From an uncultured virus (IMG/VR IMGVR_UViG_3300022602_000040) (taxonomy: Duplodnaviria; Heunggongvirae; Uroviricota; Caudoviricetes): a DNA stretch of 64,000 nt. The position numbers were made by a program, and so were the translations under genes. How positions within the stretch are numbered: position 1 is the first letter of the stretch; each line of letters opens with the position of its first letter. The notes under the pieces were generated by a model. The model made no database searches. It saw only the letters and a program-made list of their open reading frames with translations, and had not been told where the DNA came from. The stretch is from IMG/VR virus record IMGVR_UViG_3300022602_000040; one strand, 5' to 3'. This document shows positions 18,008 to 26,846 of this stretch, one piece after another.

Positions 18008-18031
18008 GTCAGTGTCTCCTCTTGATAACCC

Positions 18032-18060
18032 CTTATCCGGGATTTTCATCATAAAGGCAA
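18032..18060 (-). promoter_or_regulatory. early promoter
   Basis: TTGCCT-17-GATAAG. Confidence 0.8.
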
Positions 18061-18081
18061 CAGTTATTTTCAAAAAAAAAG

Positions 18082-18537
18082 TTACATCGGAAAGTGCTTA
18101 TCGACGAACGCCTTACCACGAGCACGAGCTTCGACTTCCCACGGCTGACGGAGGTAAGCGGCATGGGTCGTAGCCCGCTTGTACGTATACGTACCATGCT
18201 GGTCGGTCCACTCACGGACGCCATGCTTAGTCACCAGACGCTTCTGATGATGCTGTTCGATGTGAGTAAACTCATGAGCGAGAGTTTCAGCAATCATACG
18301 CTCGTTCGACAGACGGCAGTCGATCTCTACCAGGAACTTGCCTTCGCCGTTAAGCGGCCAAGCACGACCACGTGTACCACGACCCTTGATCGGGCGGACC
18401 AGAATCTCACCCTCAGGAACATCAAACTCTGCACAGAGCCTACCAAGGATCTTACGAGCGGTCTTTTCCACAAGAGCAGTGTGCTTGTTGTGAGCCTTGC
18501 TGTACTTGGCGGTGTGATTAACGACGATAGCAACCAT
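18082..18537 (-). CDS. zincin-like metallopeptidase (HExxH)
   Basis: TLAHEFTHIEQ and QPWEVEAR; similar motif layout to 3177..3641. Confidence 0.75.
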   Translation of the reverse strand: MVAIVVNHTAKYSKAHNKHTALVEKTARKILGRLCAEFDVPEGEILVRPIKGRGTRGRAWPLNGEGKFLVEIDCRLSNERMIAETLAHEFTHIEQHHQKRLVTKHGVREWTDQHGTYTYKRATTHAAYLRQPWEVEARARGKAFVDKHFPM

Positions 18538-18563
18538 GTCTCTGTCCTTTCACTCTATAATTC

Positions 18564-18592
18564 CTTATAGAGTCTTTTTCACAAAAAGACAA
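18564..18592 (-). promoter_or_regulatory. early promoter
   Basis: TTGTCT-17-TATAAG. Confidence 0.75.
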
Positions 18593-18631
18593 CGGGGGAA
18601 TCTAAAAAAGATTCCCCGGAATTTCAAAGGG

Positions 18632-18811
18632 TTAGTCGATCAGTTGTTCAACGGATTCAAGACTGATTTCAGTGGTCCATTCAGGAACATCTTCGAAGTC
18701 AGGGTGTTCAGAATGAAGGTTGTCACAGATCAGTGTGTTGATTTGATCGATTTGTTTTTGAGTGAGTTCTTGCGAAGTTTGAAAAGTGTAGGTGAAAACA
18801 GGGTTTTTCAT
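18632..18811 (-). CDS. hypothetical early protein, 59 aa
   Basis: MKNPVFTYTF...QLID read by hand; GGAG RBS; promoter at 18837-18865. Confidence 0.6.
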   Translation of the reverse strand: MKNPVFTYTFQTSQELTQKQIDQINTLICDNLHSEHPDFEDVPEWTTEISLESVEQLID

Positions 18812-18836
18812 TTTCAGTCTCCGTCGTTGGAGCCCC

Positions 18837-18865
18837 CTTCTCTCATGTTTTCGTCATAAAGACAA
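18837..18865 (-). promoter_or_regulatory. early promoter (duplicated across gap)
   Basis: TTGTCT-17-GAGAAG. Confidence 0.65.
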
Positions 18866-18867
18866 CA

Positions 18868-18967
18868 NNNNNNNNNNNNNNNNNNNNNNNNNNNNNNNNN
18901 NNNNNNNNNNNNNNNNNNNNNNNNNNNNNNNNNNNNNNNNNNNNNNNNNNNNNNNNNNNNNNNNNNN
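18868..18967. other. assembly gap (100 N) with 127-nt flanking duplication
   Basis: 18741-18867 repeated at 18968-19094. Confidence 0.9.
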
Positions 18968-19105
18968 ATTTGATCGATTTGTTTTTGAGTGAGTTCTTGC
19001 GAAGTTTGAAAAGTGTAGGTGAAAACAGGGTTTTTCATTTTCAGTCTCCGTCGTTGGAGCCCCCTTCTCTCATGTTTTCGTCATAAAGACAACACTCGGG
19101 TTGGA

Positions 19106-19642
19106 TTATTTTTGGCTGGCTAGATGCTCTTTGTGCTTAGCGATCAGGTACTTTACTGCTTGCTGATGGGTGCCGAAACGCGCGGCGGTGTCGTGACTGA
19201 TAGGGTGATGTGGAGAAAATTCATAGCTGTGAGCGGCTGAAAACTTATCACCCGATCCCCTGATTACGCCAACGTGATCATTGTCACCGTGCCAGAGGCC
19301 GACACCATGAGCTTGCCCACGTTGGTCAACGTGGCTCAATGCGTCTTTGAGATTAAGATCTTTGTGTATACCAGAACGATCGCGTTGCGATGAATAGTGC
19401 GATAGGTGATATCCCTTATAGTCCCCTGTTCCGCGATGTTGTGTCATCCCGTACTTGCTTTCAGGCTTTTCGAAGTTACCTTTCATACCCTTATTACGTG
19501 ACATAACCTCTTTTGCTTCTTTTTGACTGCGTTCAGAAGCAGCATTGAGTCCTTTGATGTAACTGTTTACTGAAGGCTCCATGCCGAACGAGTGCGTGCC
19601 CATGTTGCGGCTTTCAGCCATAAAGTCTTTAAGAGTTTTCAT
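19106..19642 (-). CDS. putative internal head protein with capsid-targeting-like N-terminus
   Basis: MKTLKDFMAE; His/Lys-rich; TATAAATA at 19667-19674 upstream. Confidence 0.6.
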   Translation of the reverse strand: MKTLKDFMAESRNMGTHSFGMEPSVNSYIKGLNAASERSQKEAKEVMSRNKGMKGNFEKPESKYGMTQHRGTGDYKGYHLSHYSSQRDRSGIHKDLNLKDALSHVDQRGQAHGVGLWHGDNDHVGVIRGSGDKFSAAHSYEFSPHHPISHDTAARFGTHQQAVKYLIAKHKEHLASQK

Positions 19643-19662
19643 CGTTGATCCTTTCGATTGTC

Positions 19663-19691
19663 ACTATATTTATATTTCGTCATAAAGACAA
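19663..19691 (-). promoter_or_regulatory. nested early and late promoters
   Basis: TTGTCT-17-TATAGT with TATAAATA at 19667-19674. Confidence 0.7.
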
Positions 19692-19694
19692 CAG

Positions 19695-19729
19695 AAAACC
19701 CTCGGCAGCCAAAGCCACCGAGGGTTTTT
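19695..19729. terminator. stem-loop, probable (bidirectional) terminator
   Basis: AAAACCCTCGG...CCGAGGGTTTT inverted repeat downstream of OMP gene. Confidence 0.7.
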
Positions 19730-19751
19730 ATTTTTCGCAATCCCGAAAGGA

Positions 19752-20330
19752 TTAGAACGAGTGGGTTACACCCAGGGCGACTTCCTCGTTGCGAGCACGA
19801 CCATATTCAGTGGTCGAGCCAGTGGTACGATAGAAGTTGACGCCGATCGAATTGCCATGACCGATAGCAACCGACAGATCACCATTCAGGCGATCTTCCT
19901 GAAGGCGAACAACGTTCGTGAAGCCTTCACGATGACGATAGCCTACGCTGACGGTAACTGGACCATACAGCTTGTGACCAAGGCCAGCGCCCGCACCCCA
20001 GAACTGAGAGTTGTTGTTGGTCTGAAACGACTGTCCAACCTCAGCATATGCAGCAGGGGTAAAACCGAGAACGGTAGGAAGGTTAGCACCGATATGTGCC
20101 GAAACCTTCGAGCTTACTTCACCGCCGTGACGTGGCTGGTCGGTGCTAACAGCAACGCCGAACGTAGTCAGATTGGTCAAAGGAGCATCGTAACCAACGG
20201 AAAAGTCGGTCGATCCAGGAAGAGTCTTGCCCAACCCACTAAGACCAGCTTCGGCCGAAACAGTACCAGCGTGTGCCTGAGTGGCAAACATGGCAGTAGC
20301 AGCAAGAGCTGCAAGTACGATATTCTTCAT
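19752..20330 (-). CDS. small outer-membrane beta-barrel protein
   Basis: Signal peptide ending AHA, alternating amphipathic strands, C-terminal LGVTHSF beta-signal. Confidence 0.75.
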   Translation of the reverse strand: MKNIVLAALAATAMFATQAHAGTVSAEAGLSGLGKTLPGSTDFSVGYDAPLTNLTTFGVAVSTDQPRHGGEVSSKVSAHIGANLPTVLGFTPAAYAEVGQSFQTNNNSQFWGAGAGLGHKLYGPVTVSVGYRHREGFTNVVRLQEDRLNGDLSVAIGHGNSIGVNFYRTTGSTTEYGRARNEEVALGVTHSF

Positions 20331-20361
20331 ATTAAATGTTCTCCATTGTTGATAATCAGGA

Positions 20362-20487
20362 TTAAGGTTCCTGCCGACCTTCTTCTAAGGCTAGAGCAAC
20401 TCTGCCCCAGAACGCCTTAAACTTTACATTCTTTGCTCTAATAGCAGCATCAAGTGCTGCAAGAATTCGTTTGTCTGTAAGAGTCAC
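20362..20487 (-). CDS. hypothetical protein, 41 aa
   Basis: GGAGG RBS then GTG overlapping upstream stop; MTLTDKRILAALDAA... Confidence 0.5.
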   Translation of the reverse strand: MTLTDKRILAALDAAIRAKNVKFKAFWGRVALALEEGRQEP

Positions 20488-20702
20488 TTCTTCCTCCACT
20501 TGAATCCGAAGAACAGCTCTTGCATCTTACGATGAAACCAATTAGGTTCATACCCCTCTCTCGGATTCCAAATGATATCTGCACAATGCACATGCCAGTC
20601 AGAACGCTTAGGGATTTCAAGAAGTCGATACTCGACAGGCTCAGTCCCATAGTCCTTGGTAGTACTTCCCGAACAGTCGGAGCCCGTTGCTGATTCTGTC
20701 AT
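20484..20702 (-). CDS. hypothetical protein (start uncertain)
   Basis: PNWFHRKMQELFFGFKW tail typical of small phage ORFs. Confidence 0.5.
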   Translation of the reverse strand: MTESATGSDCSGSTTKDYGTEPVEYRLLEIPKRSDWHVHCADIIWNPREGYEPNWFHRKMQELFFGFKWRKK

Positions 20703-21333
20703 AATGTGCTTTCTTTCCTTCTTGATCCACCCAGTACTTTGGTTTGGAAGGATCTTTCTGGTGGTTAAACGTGACGGTCTTCATTCCCTTGCTATCAAGG
20801 TCGTCATCACCGGTCGACACAAATACCATGTCAAGCTGTTCGCTGTTGTGATGAAACTGATCTTCGCCCTTGTCACTCTTAGCAAGCTGCTCGAACGTCC
20901 AAACGAGCTCATCCATAACCCATTCCCAGCGTTCGTGAATTGTGTTATCGGTATAGCCGTTATTTGGCCCTGCTGGTTCGGTAGGGCGAAGACTTTCAGG
21001 CACATCAGCCTCATCGACTTGAGGAGAACCGTGCTTGGTCTTTTTGAGCTCGACGAGTGTAGGGTGGATGATCCTAGCAAGGGTATGATCGGCACTCCAC
21101 ACATCATAATTATCGATGTGGATTTTGACCTTGCGCTTGCGGTTGTTGGCCCAGCGATTGATAGGACGTAGCAGCACATCCAAACTGTCGAGGAATCCGA
21201 TCACAATCTTGTCAATGCGATCATATTTATCTTCGTCAAGATAGTACTCGTTATGACGCCACAGCGTGTAACGACGTTCCCAACGATTAACATCAATCAG
21301 ATTAGAACGGTATGGCCCGATGTTTACCTTCAT
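20641..21333 (-). CDS. conserved T4-like hypothetical protein
   Basis: YDVWSADHTLA...HGSP...RWEWVMDE...GLRLFGKYYQGLWD pattern. Confidence 0.75.
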   Translation of the reverse strand: MKVNIGPYRSNLIDVNRWERRYTLWRHNEYYLDEDKYDRIDKIVIGFLDSLDVLLRPINRWANNRKRKVKIHIDNYDVWSADHTLARIIHPTLVELKKTKHGSPQVDEADVPESLRPTEPAGPNNGYTDNTIHERWEWVMDELVWTFEQLAKSDKGEDQFHHNSEQLDMVFVSTGDDDLDSKGMKTVTFNHQKDPSKPKYWVDQEGKKAHYDRISNGLRLFGKYYQGLWD

Positions 21334-21497
21334 TATTCGCTTTCGTCGTAATCTGTATGAGTGTCTTTTTCGGGTGTCATGAGGGATTGATAGATCTTGT
21401 AAGCTCCCATCGCAGCGAGTCCAGTCAGGCCGAACACAGCTACAAAGGCTGCTCGCTCACCCCACTTGAGTGCTTCTGCTTTAACCCTATTCTTCAT
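21333..21497 (-). CDS. small membrane protein, 54 aa
   Basis: Read by hand (MKNRVKAEALKWGERAAFVAVFGLTGLAAMG...); coupled to neighbours. Confidence 0.5.
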   Translation of the reverse strand: MKNRVKAEALKWGERAAFVAVFGLTGLAAMGAYKIYQSLMTPEKDTHTDYDESE

Positions 21498-21993
21498 TAA
21501 TAACCTCTATGGTGGTGTCTGCCCACTCTACGATAATATCTACGAACTGATCTATATTGTCAACAAGCAAAATGTTATAGCGATCGCACACGACCTGAAT
21601 GTTGCCACGACGCCAGTATCCTTCTGGGCAGCATACAACAACATCACCGCTAAGTCCGAAAAGCCCAAGCTCAAGCAGAGTGATAGGAGCAGGTCCTGCT
21701 GGATCGAAATAGAATACGATCAGATCTGCCTTCTCCAGGTGAGCTAGCTCCCACGACACCTGCTGCTTGAATTGAGGATTGGAAATATCCTGAACCCAGC
21801 TCGAGTCCCAGTCGTCACGACGAGGATTGTAGATCGTGATGTTGGAGAATCCATCCAGCTCACGTTCGATGCGTTCTTGCCAGTTTTCTGCCTTGCCCAT
21901 ATCGATAGAGCCGGCGAGGAAGATTGACCGATTGTAGGGCGAGGATGTGTCGTCGGCAGGGGCTTTTACGATATGAGCCATTTCAAACTCCAT
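21487..21993 (-). CDS. nucleoside 2-deoxyribosyltransferase-like protein
   Basis: IFLAGSI...WQ, YNPRRDDWD, QVSWEL, PITLLELGL motifs. Confidence 0.85.
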   Translation of the reverse strand: MEFEMAHIVKAPADDTSSPYNRSIFLAGSIDMGKAENWQERIERELDGFSNITIYNPRRDDWDSSWVQDISNPQFKQQVSWELAHLEKADLIVFYFDPAGPAPITLLELGLFGLSGDVVVCCPEGYWRRGNIQVVCDRYNILLVDNIDQFVDIIVEWADTTIEVINEE

Positions 21994-22000
21994 TACAAAT

Positions 22001-22077
22001 TGGTGCGCGCAGTAGGACTCGAACCCACACCCGAGCCGCTCATTGAGCGGCCGGCTCCACCTTTGAGCTATACGCGC
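22001..22077 (-). tRNA. tRNA-like gene with aberrant 9-nt anticodon loop (Ile2/Met-like body; possibly pseudo)
   Basis: GCGCGTA/TGCGCGC acceptor, D arm GCTC/GAGC, TTCGAGT T loop, encoded CCA; anticodon arm GGCCG-CTCAATGAG-CGGCT. Confidence 0.8.
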
Positions 22078-22084
22078 GTATTAT

Positions 22085-22633
22085 TTACTTACCCTGGTTC
22101 TTCAGATAAGTCAACACGTTTTCGGGCGAAGACTCACCATAAGGATCGTCTGCACAGTTATGCTCAAAACCAGGTTCGATGAACCACTTCTCAATCGTTC
22201 CGTTGTTCACGATCACAGCATAACGCCACGAACGTGCACCGAAGCCGAGATTGTCCTTGGTAACGTACATACCCATCTGACAGGTGAATGTACCCGAACC
22301 ATCTGGAATAACCTTGACGTTCTTCAGGTTCTGCGACTCTGCCCACTTGTTCATAACGAACGAATCATTGACTGACAAGCAGTAGATTTCATCGATGCCG
22401 AGCGACTTGAACTCGTCGTAGTTGTTTTCGAATCCAGGAAGCTGGTAGGTCGAGCAGGTAGGAGTGAATGCACCAGGAAGTGCAAACAGAACAACACGCT
22501 TGCCAGCAAACAGATCGAACGAGGTGACATCCCGCCACGTGTACGGATTCGGACCAGGAATGGTCTCGTCACGAACACGAGTCTTGAAAATGACGTTGGG
22601 AACTACGGCAGGAGGCATTGCATAATTATCCAT
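22085..22633 (-). CDS. peroxiredoxin (Prx5/redoxin type)
   Basis: VVLFALPGAFTPTCS, SVNDSFVM, GARSWRY motifs. Confidence 0.92.
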   Translation of the reverse strand: MDNYAMPPAVVPNVIFKTRVRDETIPGPNPYTWRDVTSFDLFAGKRVVLFALPGAFTPTCSTYQLPGFENNYDEFKSLGIDEIYCLSVNDSFVMNKWAESQNLKNVKVIPDGSGTFTCQMGMYVTKDNLGFGARSWRYAVIVNNGTIEKWFIEPGFEHNCADDPYGESSPENVLTYLKNQGK

Positions 22634-22652
22634 AATATAAACCTTTCAAATA

Positions 22653-22859
22653 TTAAGCGTATGTACCAGTTGGGATCTCGCCGTATTCTCTAGCGATTTC
22701 GCCATTGTTGTCGTGAATCTTTACAGCCTTGTGACCGACCATATGTGAGCTGCGACCAAACATCAATGCTTCTTCGATAGTATTAAAGAAGAAACGCTCG
22801 ACGAGTAGCTCACCGTCTACCCAGCTATATGTTGTAACTCTGTGATGTGAATGCGACAT
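22653..22859 (-). CDS. hypothetical protein
   Basis: ORF coupled to the glycosyltransferase. Confidence 0.6.
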   Translation of the reverse strand: MSHSHHRVTTYSWVDGELLVERFFFNTIEEALMFGRSSHMVGHKAVKIHDNNGEIAREYGEIPTGTYA

Positions 22860-22862
22860 ATC

Positions 22863-23927
22863 TTATCCCTTAAAGTAATTGAGCCAGTGTTTAACTGTGT
22901 TATTCGTATAGTTCTTTAACGACATTTGATTGAAGAACACATTTACCTTAGGGTATTTATAAGCAGCCGTAAGACCGCGGATGATGTCAGCACCGTCGTT
23001 AGGATCTCGCACACCTAAAGTCTGCCAAGGAATCTCAGCGCTTCCGATAAGAGGGACACCTTGGCTGATGAGGTCAGCGCCTACGATGTTAAATGTTTCT
23101 GAGAAGTTGCATTGCATGCCGATATCCATCTCAGCACAGAGATCTAGAAACTGTTTGCGTGGTGTCCACTGATGATTGACCAGTCTGTGTCCACGGTCGT
23201 AGATGTGAACAAACAGAGATTTCAGATTGCTCAGTGCAGGCCCACCTTGCATTTCAATACGACCTGCATTGACATGGAATCGAAGATACTTGCCTTGTTT
23301 TTCTGCGAAGTCGATAGCTGCGTGAGCTTGAACCAGATGATTCTTTAGAGGTCGAATAGCGCCAAAACATCCAACATCGATGAATGGCTTGTCGTAATCG
23401 AACGTCTTCTTTTTATATTCTTGGGGGTAGAAGTTGGGAAGGTAGGGAACCTTGGCTTCTGTCTTTGCATCGTCCCAGCCATGCGCTAATTTGAGGTATG
23501 TGCGGATCTCACGCAGCATACGAGGAGCGTTGGGGGAAACAATGACATTTCTGAAGGCAGCGTATTCTGCAATCCAATTCATAGCTGGACCTTCACCAGC
23601 CATGAAAGGCATCTCACTATGGATACGAATGATCCACTGAACCGTTGGATGCAGCTTCTGGAGGATGCCGAATTTCTCTGGTACAACCCAAAGAGCTTCG
23701 ATGATTACGTGGGATGGTTTGTGCTTGGTCACTAGCCGATCGATGCAGTTGTTATCGATCGCTACCTCCATAACAGACTCAACGCCTCTATCGTTGAGCA
23801 TATCACTCACGAAAGAAGCGGAGTTGTACAGACCTGTGCTTAAACCTACGTGCGATGAATCACGAGCTGCGTGATAGTCATCCTTTCGCTTCAAAATGAA
23901 CAATATTTTAGACAAAACAAACCTCAC
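22863..23927 (-). CDS. GT-B fold glycosyltransferase (GT4-like)
   Basis: GCFGAIRPLKN and SETFNIVGADLISQGVPLIGS motifs; start may be a few codons downstream. Confidence 0.75.
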   Translation of the reverse strand: MRFVLSKILFILKRKDDYHAARDSSHVGLSTGLYNSASFVSDMLNDRGVESVMEVAIDNNCIDRLVTKHKPSHVIIEALWVVPEKFGILQKLHPTVQWIIRIHSEMPFMAGEGPAMNWIAEYAAFRNVIVSPNAPRMLREIRTYLKLAHGWDDAKTEAKVPYLPNFYPQEYKKKTFDYDKPFIDVGCFGAIRPLKNHLVQAHAAIDFAEKQGKYLRFHVNAGRIEMQGGPALSNLKSLFVHIYDRGHRLVNHQWTPRKQFLDLCAEMDIGMQCNFSETFNIVGADLISQGVPLIGSAEIPWQTLGVRDPNDGADIIRGLTAAYKYPKVNVFFNQMSLKNYTNNTVKHWLNYFKG

Positions 23928-23936
23928 GAATAAAAA

Positions 23937-24012
23937 TGGCGCGCCTACGAGGACTCGAACCCCGACCGCAGGTTTAGAAGACCCGAACTCTATCCAGTTG
24001 AGCTATAGGCGC
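23937..24012 (-). tRNA. tRNA-Arg(TCT)
   Basis: Canonical 76-nt cloverleaf, anticodon loop CTTCTAA, encoded CCA. Confidence 0.95.
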
Positions 24013-24022
24013 ATAACCGTAT

Positions 24023-24277
24023 TTATCCGATGCGATTAAGCCTGTGTAGTAGGTTGGCAATAATTTTTACATCGGGATGAGGATCCCGTTCACTGTTTAC
24101 AGTTCGTTGGCAGTCTATCATATAGACATAAAGAGCACGTTTGATCACTGGGATATCTGCTGGAGCAAACGTACCACCCTTGGCTTGCTTGGGCGTCGAT
24201 GCTTTGTTAGCATCGGTCATGTCTTCCTCGATCTGAGCATGGATATCGTTCCAGTCACCATCAATCGGTATACTCAT
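24023..24277 (-). CDS. hypothetical protein
   Basis: Coupled ORF. Confidence 0.65.
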   Translation of the reverse strand: MSIPIDGDWNDIHAQIEEDMTDANKASTPKQAKGGTFAPADIPVIKRALYVYMIDCQRTVNSERDPHPDVKIIANLLHRLNRIG

Positions 24278-24450
24278 TACACTTTACTCCCATCGGCCAT
24301 CAACCAATTATTGGCAGTGTCCATCCAATCGACAGCCTCTGGCGCAAGGGTTTCACCATTACGATATTTGTTAATCAGCTCGCAAAACTTGAGCTCAACA
24401 GCTACACGGCCATCACTCAAGGTTGGAAACTTGTAGATCTCAACATCCAT
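24277..24450 (-). CDS. hypothetical protein
   Basis: GGAGG RBS; downstream of promoter 24482-24510. Confidence 0.65.
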   Translation of the reverse strand: MDVEIYKFPTLSDGRVAVELKFCELINKYRNGETLAPEAVDWMDTANNWLMADGSKV

Positions 24451-24481
24451 AATATGCCTCCCGATACTGGTCCAATAACCT

Positions 24482-24510
24482 AATATAGGCCTGCCAGCGC
24501 ATAAAGTCAA
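24482..24510 (-). promoter_or_regulatory. early promoter
   Basis: TTGACT-17-TATATT. Confidence 0.65.
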
Positions 24511-24553
24511 CTCTATTTATCGTGGAAACCGGAATTATTTTCCGGCTGTTTGT

Positions 24554-24561
24554 TATAAATA
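24554..24561 (+). promoter_or_regulatory. late promoter TATAAATA for HNH gene
   Basis: Exact motif 34 nt upstream of ATG 24596. Confidence 0.7.
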
Positions 24562-24595
24562 GTTATGCAAAACAACCTTTTGGGAGCATTCGCAT

Positions 24596-25102
24596 ATGGC
24601 AAAAACATTAGAAGAAAAGGCAGCGTACCAACGTGAGTACCGTAAACGTAATAGAGAACGAGTACTGGAACAAGGAAGAAAGTCCTATCAAAAACATAGA
24701 GAAGATAGAGTAGCTCAGGTTAGAAATGCTAGACGAGATCCATCCCACTCTAATTTTCCTCCTAACTTAACAGAAAAACGTAGAAAGGATCCTATTGCAT
24801 ATGCTTTTCAACACGTGCGTAGCTCTGCTAAGAAGAAAGAACTTCCGTTTGATTTGACTATTGAATACCTTAGACAGATCTGGCCCTCAGATAACAGGTG
24901 TCCTGTATTCGGTATAGAGTTTACTATCGGCAAGGGAAACTCAACAGATAGTAGTGCTTCTGTCGATCGTATCATACCTCATCTTGGTTATACCATAGGC
25001 AATGTACATGTTATTAGCATGAAAGCTAATCGCATCAAAAGCAATGCTACGACTGAAGAAATTCAGCGCGTAGTAGATTACTTATTGGCCATGCGAACAT
25101 AA
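24596..25102 (+). mobile_element. free-standing HNH (His-Me finger) endonuclease gene
   Basis: CPVFG...SASVDRIIPHLGYTIGNVHVISMKANRIKS; inverted relative to genome; own late promoter. Confidence 0.8.
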
Positions 25103-25661
25103 TAATAAGCGTTAGCGTAGGTGCATTCGAGATCGGTTTGAATCTTCTTAATCAGAGCCGCCCGATCAAGATCAGCGTTGTCTGCAACGATCTTGAGAGC
25201 AGCGTCCTTCTTGTTCGTACCCTTGCTAGCCGTAGTCAGCTTAANNNNNNNNNNNNNNNNNNNNNNNNNNNNNNNNNNNNNNNNNNNNNNNNNNNNNNNN
25301 NNNNNNNNNNNNNNNNNNNNNNNNNNNNNNNNNNNNNNNNNNNNTAGGTGCATTCGAGATCGGTTTGAATCTTCTTAATCAGAGCCGCCCGATCAAGATC
25401 AGCGTTGTCTGCAACGATCTTGAGAGCAGCGTCCTTCTTGTTCGTACCCTTGCTAGCCGTAGTCAGCTTAATCTCACCCTTCTTGATGCCCTTGGCAGGA
25501 GTGACGATGAACGGGGTAAGAATCTGTCGTGCCTTGAACGTGTTACCCGCTTCAATCAGGGTGTCGACACGGTCGATGATCTTCTCGAGACGAGTGTTCG
25601 GCAGCGCAATCAGCAGAGTTTCCGAACCGACGACCTGATTGAAAGTGGTGGTAGCAGCCAT
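25078..25661 (-). CDS. hypothetical early protein, probable C-terminal HTH (interrupted by assembly gap)
   Basis: Collapsing the 127-nt duplication yields one ORF MAATTTF...CTYANAYYYVRMANK; early promoter upstream. Confidence 0.7.
25245..25344. other. assembly gap (100 N) with 127-nt flanking duplication
   Basis: 25118-25244 repeated at 25345-25471. Confidence 0.9.
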
Positions 25662-25684
25662 GTCTGATCTCCTCTTGATAACCC

Positions 25685-25713
25685 CTTATCCGGGATTTTC
25701 ATTCAAAGGTCAA
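25685..25713 (-). promoter_or_regulatory. early promoter
   Basis: TTGACC-17-GATAAG; 35 nt identical to the 18015-18049 copy. Confidence 0.8.
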
Positions 25714-26113
25714 CAGGCTTATTTCTTTTTCCAATCGCATATTTCTGCACGAGCGTCCACTGGTCCTTCTCCTTGTGAGGGAGAATCTTGATCTGCGTCA
25801 GTGGGGTGATCGGCTGCTTGGCCTGATCTGGGTCGACGATCGTAAGCAGGCCCCAATCTTCGAGGAGCTTTGCGATAGTGTTTCTACGTCCCTTGTCTTC
25901 ATCGGAGAAGTTCGTAGGCTTGCCATCAAGCGCAAACATTTCCTTGAAGTGGACGATGTAAAACTTGCCTTGCTTGTGTAGAATGTGGCAAGATTGGTAT
26001 AGAGTCTTGTCTTTCCGAGATGCTACACCGATTCTGGTCAATGTTTCACGCACCTTTAGGAAGTCGTCCTCTTTACCGAGTTTGATTTCTAATAGCGTTT
26101 CTATAATACTCAT
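25703..26113 (-). CDS. regA: translational repressor RegA
   Basis: DDFLKVRETLTRIG...LYQSCHILHKQG.FYIVHFKEM. Confidence 0.96.
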   Translation of the reverse strand: MSIIETLLEIKLGKEDDFLKVRETLTRIGVASRKDKTLYQSCHILHKQGKFYIVHFKEMFALDGKPTNFSDEDKGRRNTIAKLLEDWGLLTIVDPDQAKQPITPLTQIKILPHKEKDQWTLVQKYAIGKRNKPVDL

Positions 26114-26499
26114 GAGCTTCCCTTATTCAATCTCTTTTTGATCTGTTCTAATTGGACAGGGGAAAGTAATGCCAGAACCGATTCGGCTTTTGTACGATTG
26201 TAACCGTAGCACCGCATAACTGCTTCTATATCATTATCTTCCTGTTTCTTCACCCATTTCGAAAACCTTCGTTTCGGGCGAATGCTATTTATTAGATACT
26301 GATATTGTAGCTTGTTATCAAGCGTGTGGTTGAGGTTCATCTCATTGGCGTAGAGAATCGTATCTGGAAAGTATGACAGTGCCTTGTTTACGATGAAAGG
26401 AACGTATAGCTTCTCGGCAAGCTCGTCGTTCTCCGTGCCTGTCATCATGTCATTTTTGTTGTAGGTGATCGAATTTACATAGTCAAAGGGGGTCGTCAT
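26110..26499 (-). CDS. gp62: clamp loader small subunit
   Basis: YVPFIVNKALSYFPDTILYANEMN...RPKRRFSKW; T4 synteny 45-44-62-regA. Confidence 0.92.
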   Translation of the reverse strand: MTTPFDYVNSITYNKNDMMTGTENDELAEKLYVPFIVNKALSYFPDTILYANEMNLNHTLDNKLQYQYLINSIRPKRRFSKWVKKQEDNDIEAVMRCYGYNRTKAESVLALLSPVQLEQIKKRLNKGSS

Positions 26500-26659
26500 A
26501 ATGTATGTTGTCCTGGTCATCCCACCAGAAACCGCAATCCGCACCAAGCTCTTTTAGATACGCTCGGCAGCGTTCCTTGGCACCTGGTTCACGTAGCATC
26601 TCTGCATTGAAAGCTTCAATCTTCTGCTTGATCAGCTTGTTTCGCGTTTCGGTATCCAT
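26483..26659 (-). CDS. hypothetical protein
   Basis: Small ORF inserted between gp44 and gp62. Confidence 0.5.
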   Translation of the reverse strand: MDTETRNKLIKQKIEAFNAEMLREPGAKERCRAYLKELGADCGFWWDDQDNIHYDDPL

Positions 26660-26846
26660 TGAAGCTCTTGTTTCTGTTGTTGATAATAGCGTCTGCGGAG
26701 ACGTCAAAGAACCTTGCACAGTCTCCGCAGATCTCAATGGAATGTGGCCCCTCAGAAGTACCTAGCTGCAACTCATGAAGAGGTTGACCCTTCTTGAGTT
26801 TGGTTCTGCATATAGGACACTTGGGTTTCTTCCACAGCGCTTTCAT
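26616..26846 (-). CDS. small zinc-finger protein
   Basis: CPIC and CGDC pairs; TAATG coupling to gp44. Confidence 0.6.
   Translation of the reverse strand: MKALWKKPKCPICRTKLKKGQPLHELQLGTSEGPHSIEICGDCARFFDVSADAIINNRNKSFNGYRNAKQADQAED

Noticed and set aside
18741..19094. Direct repeat across N gap (also 25118-25471 and 31773-32126)
   Set aside because: All three are exactly 127 nt around exactly 100 N; collapsing them restores intact ORFs, consistent with assembler k-mer overlap, not biological repeats or gene duplications
23..25713. Recurrent short intergenic motif as CRISPR-like array
   Set aside because: Copies are dispersed, degenerate and always upstream of genes with -35/-10 spacing; they are promoters
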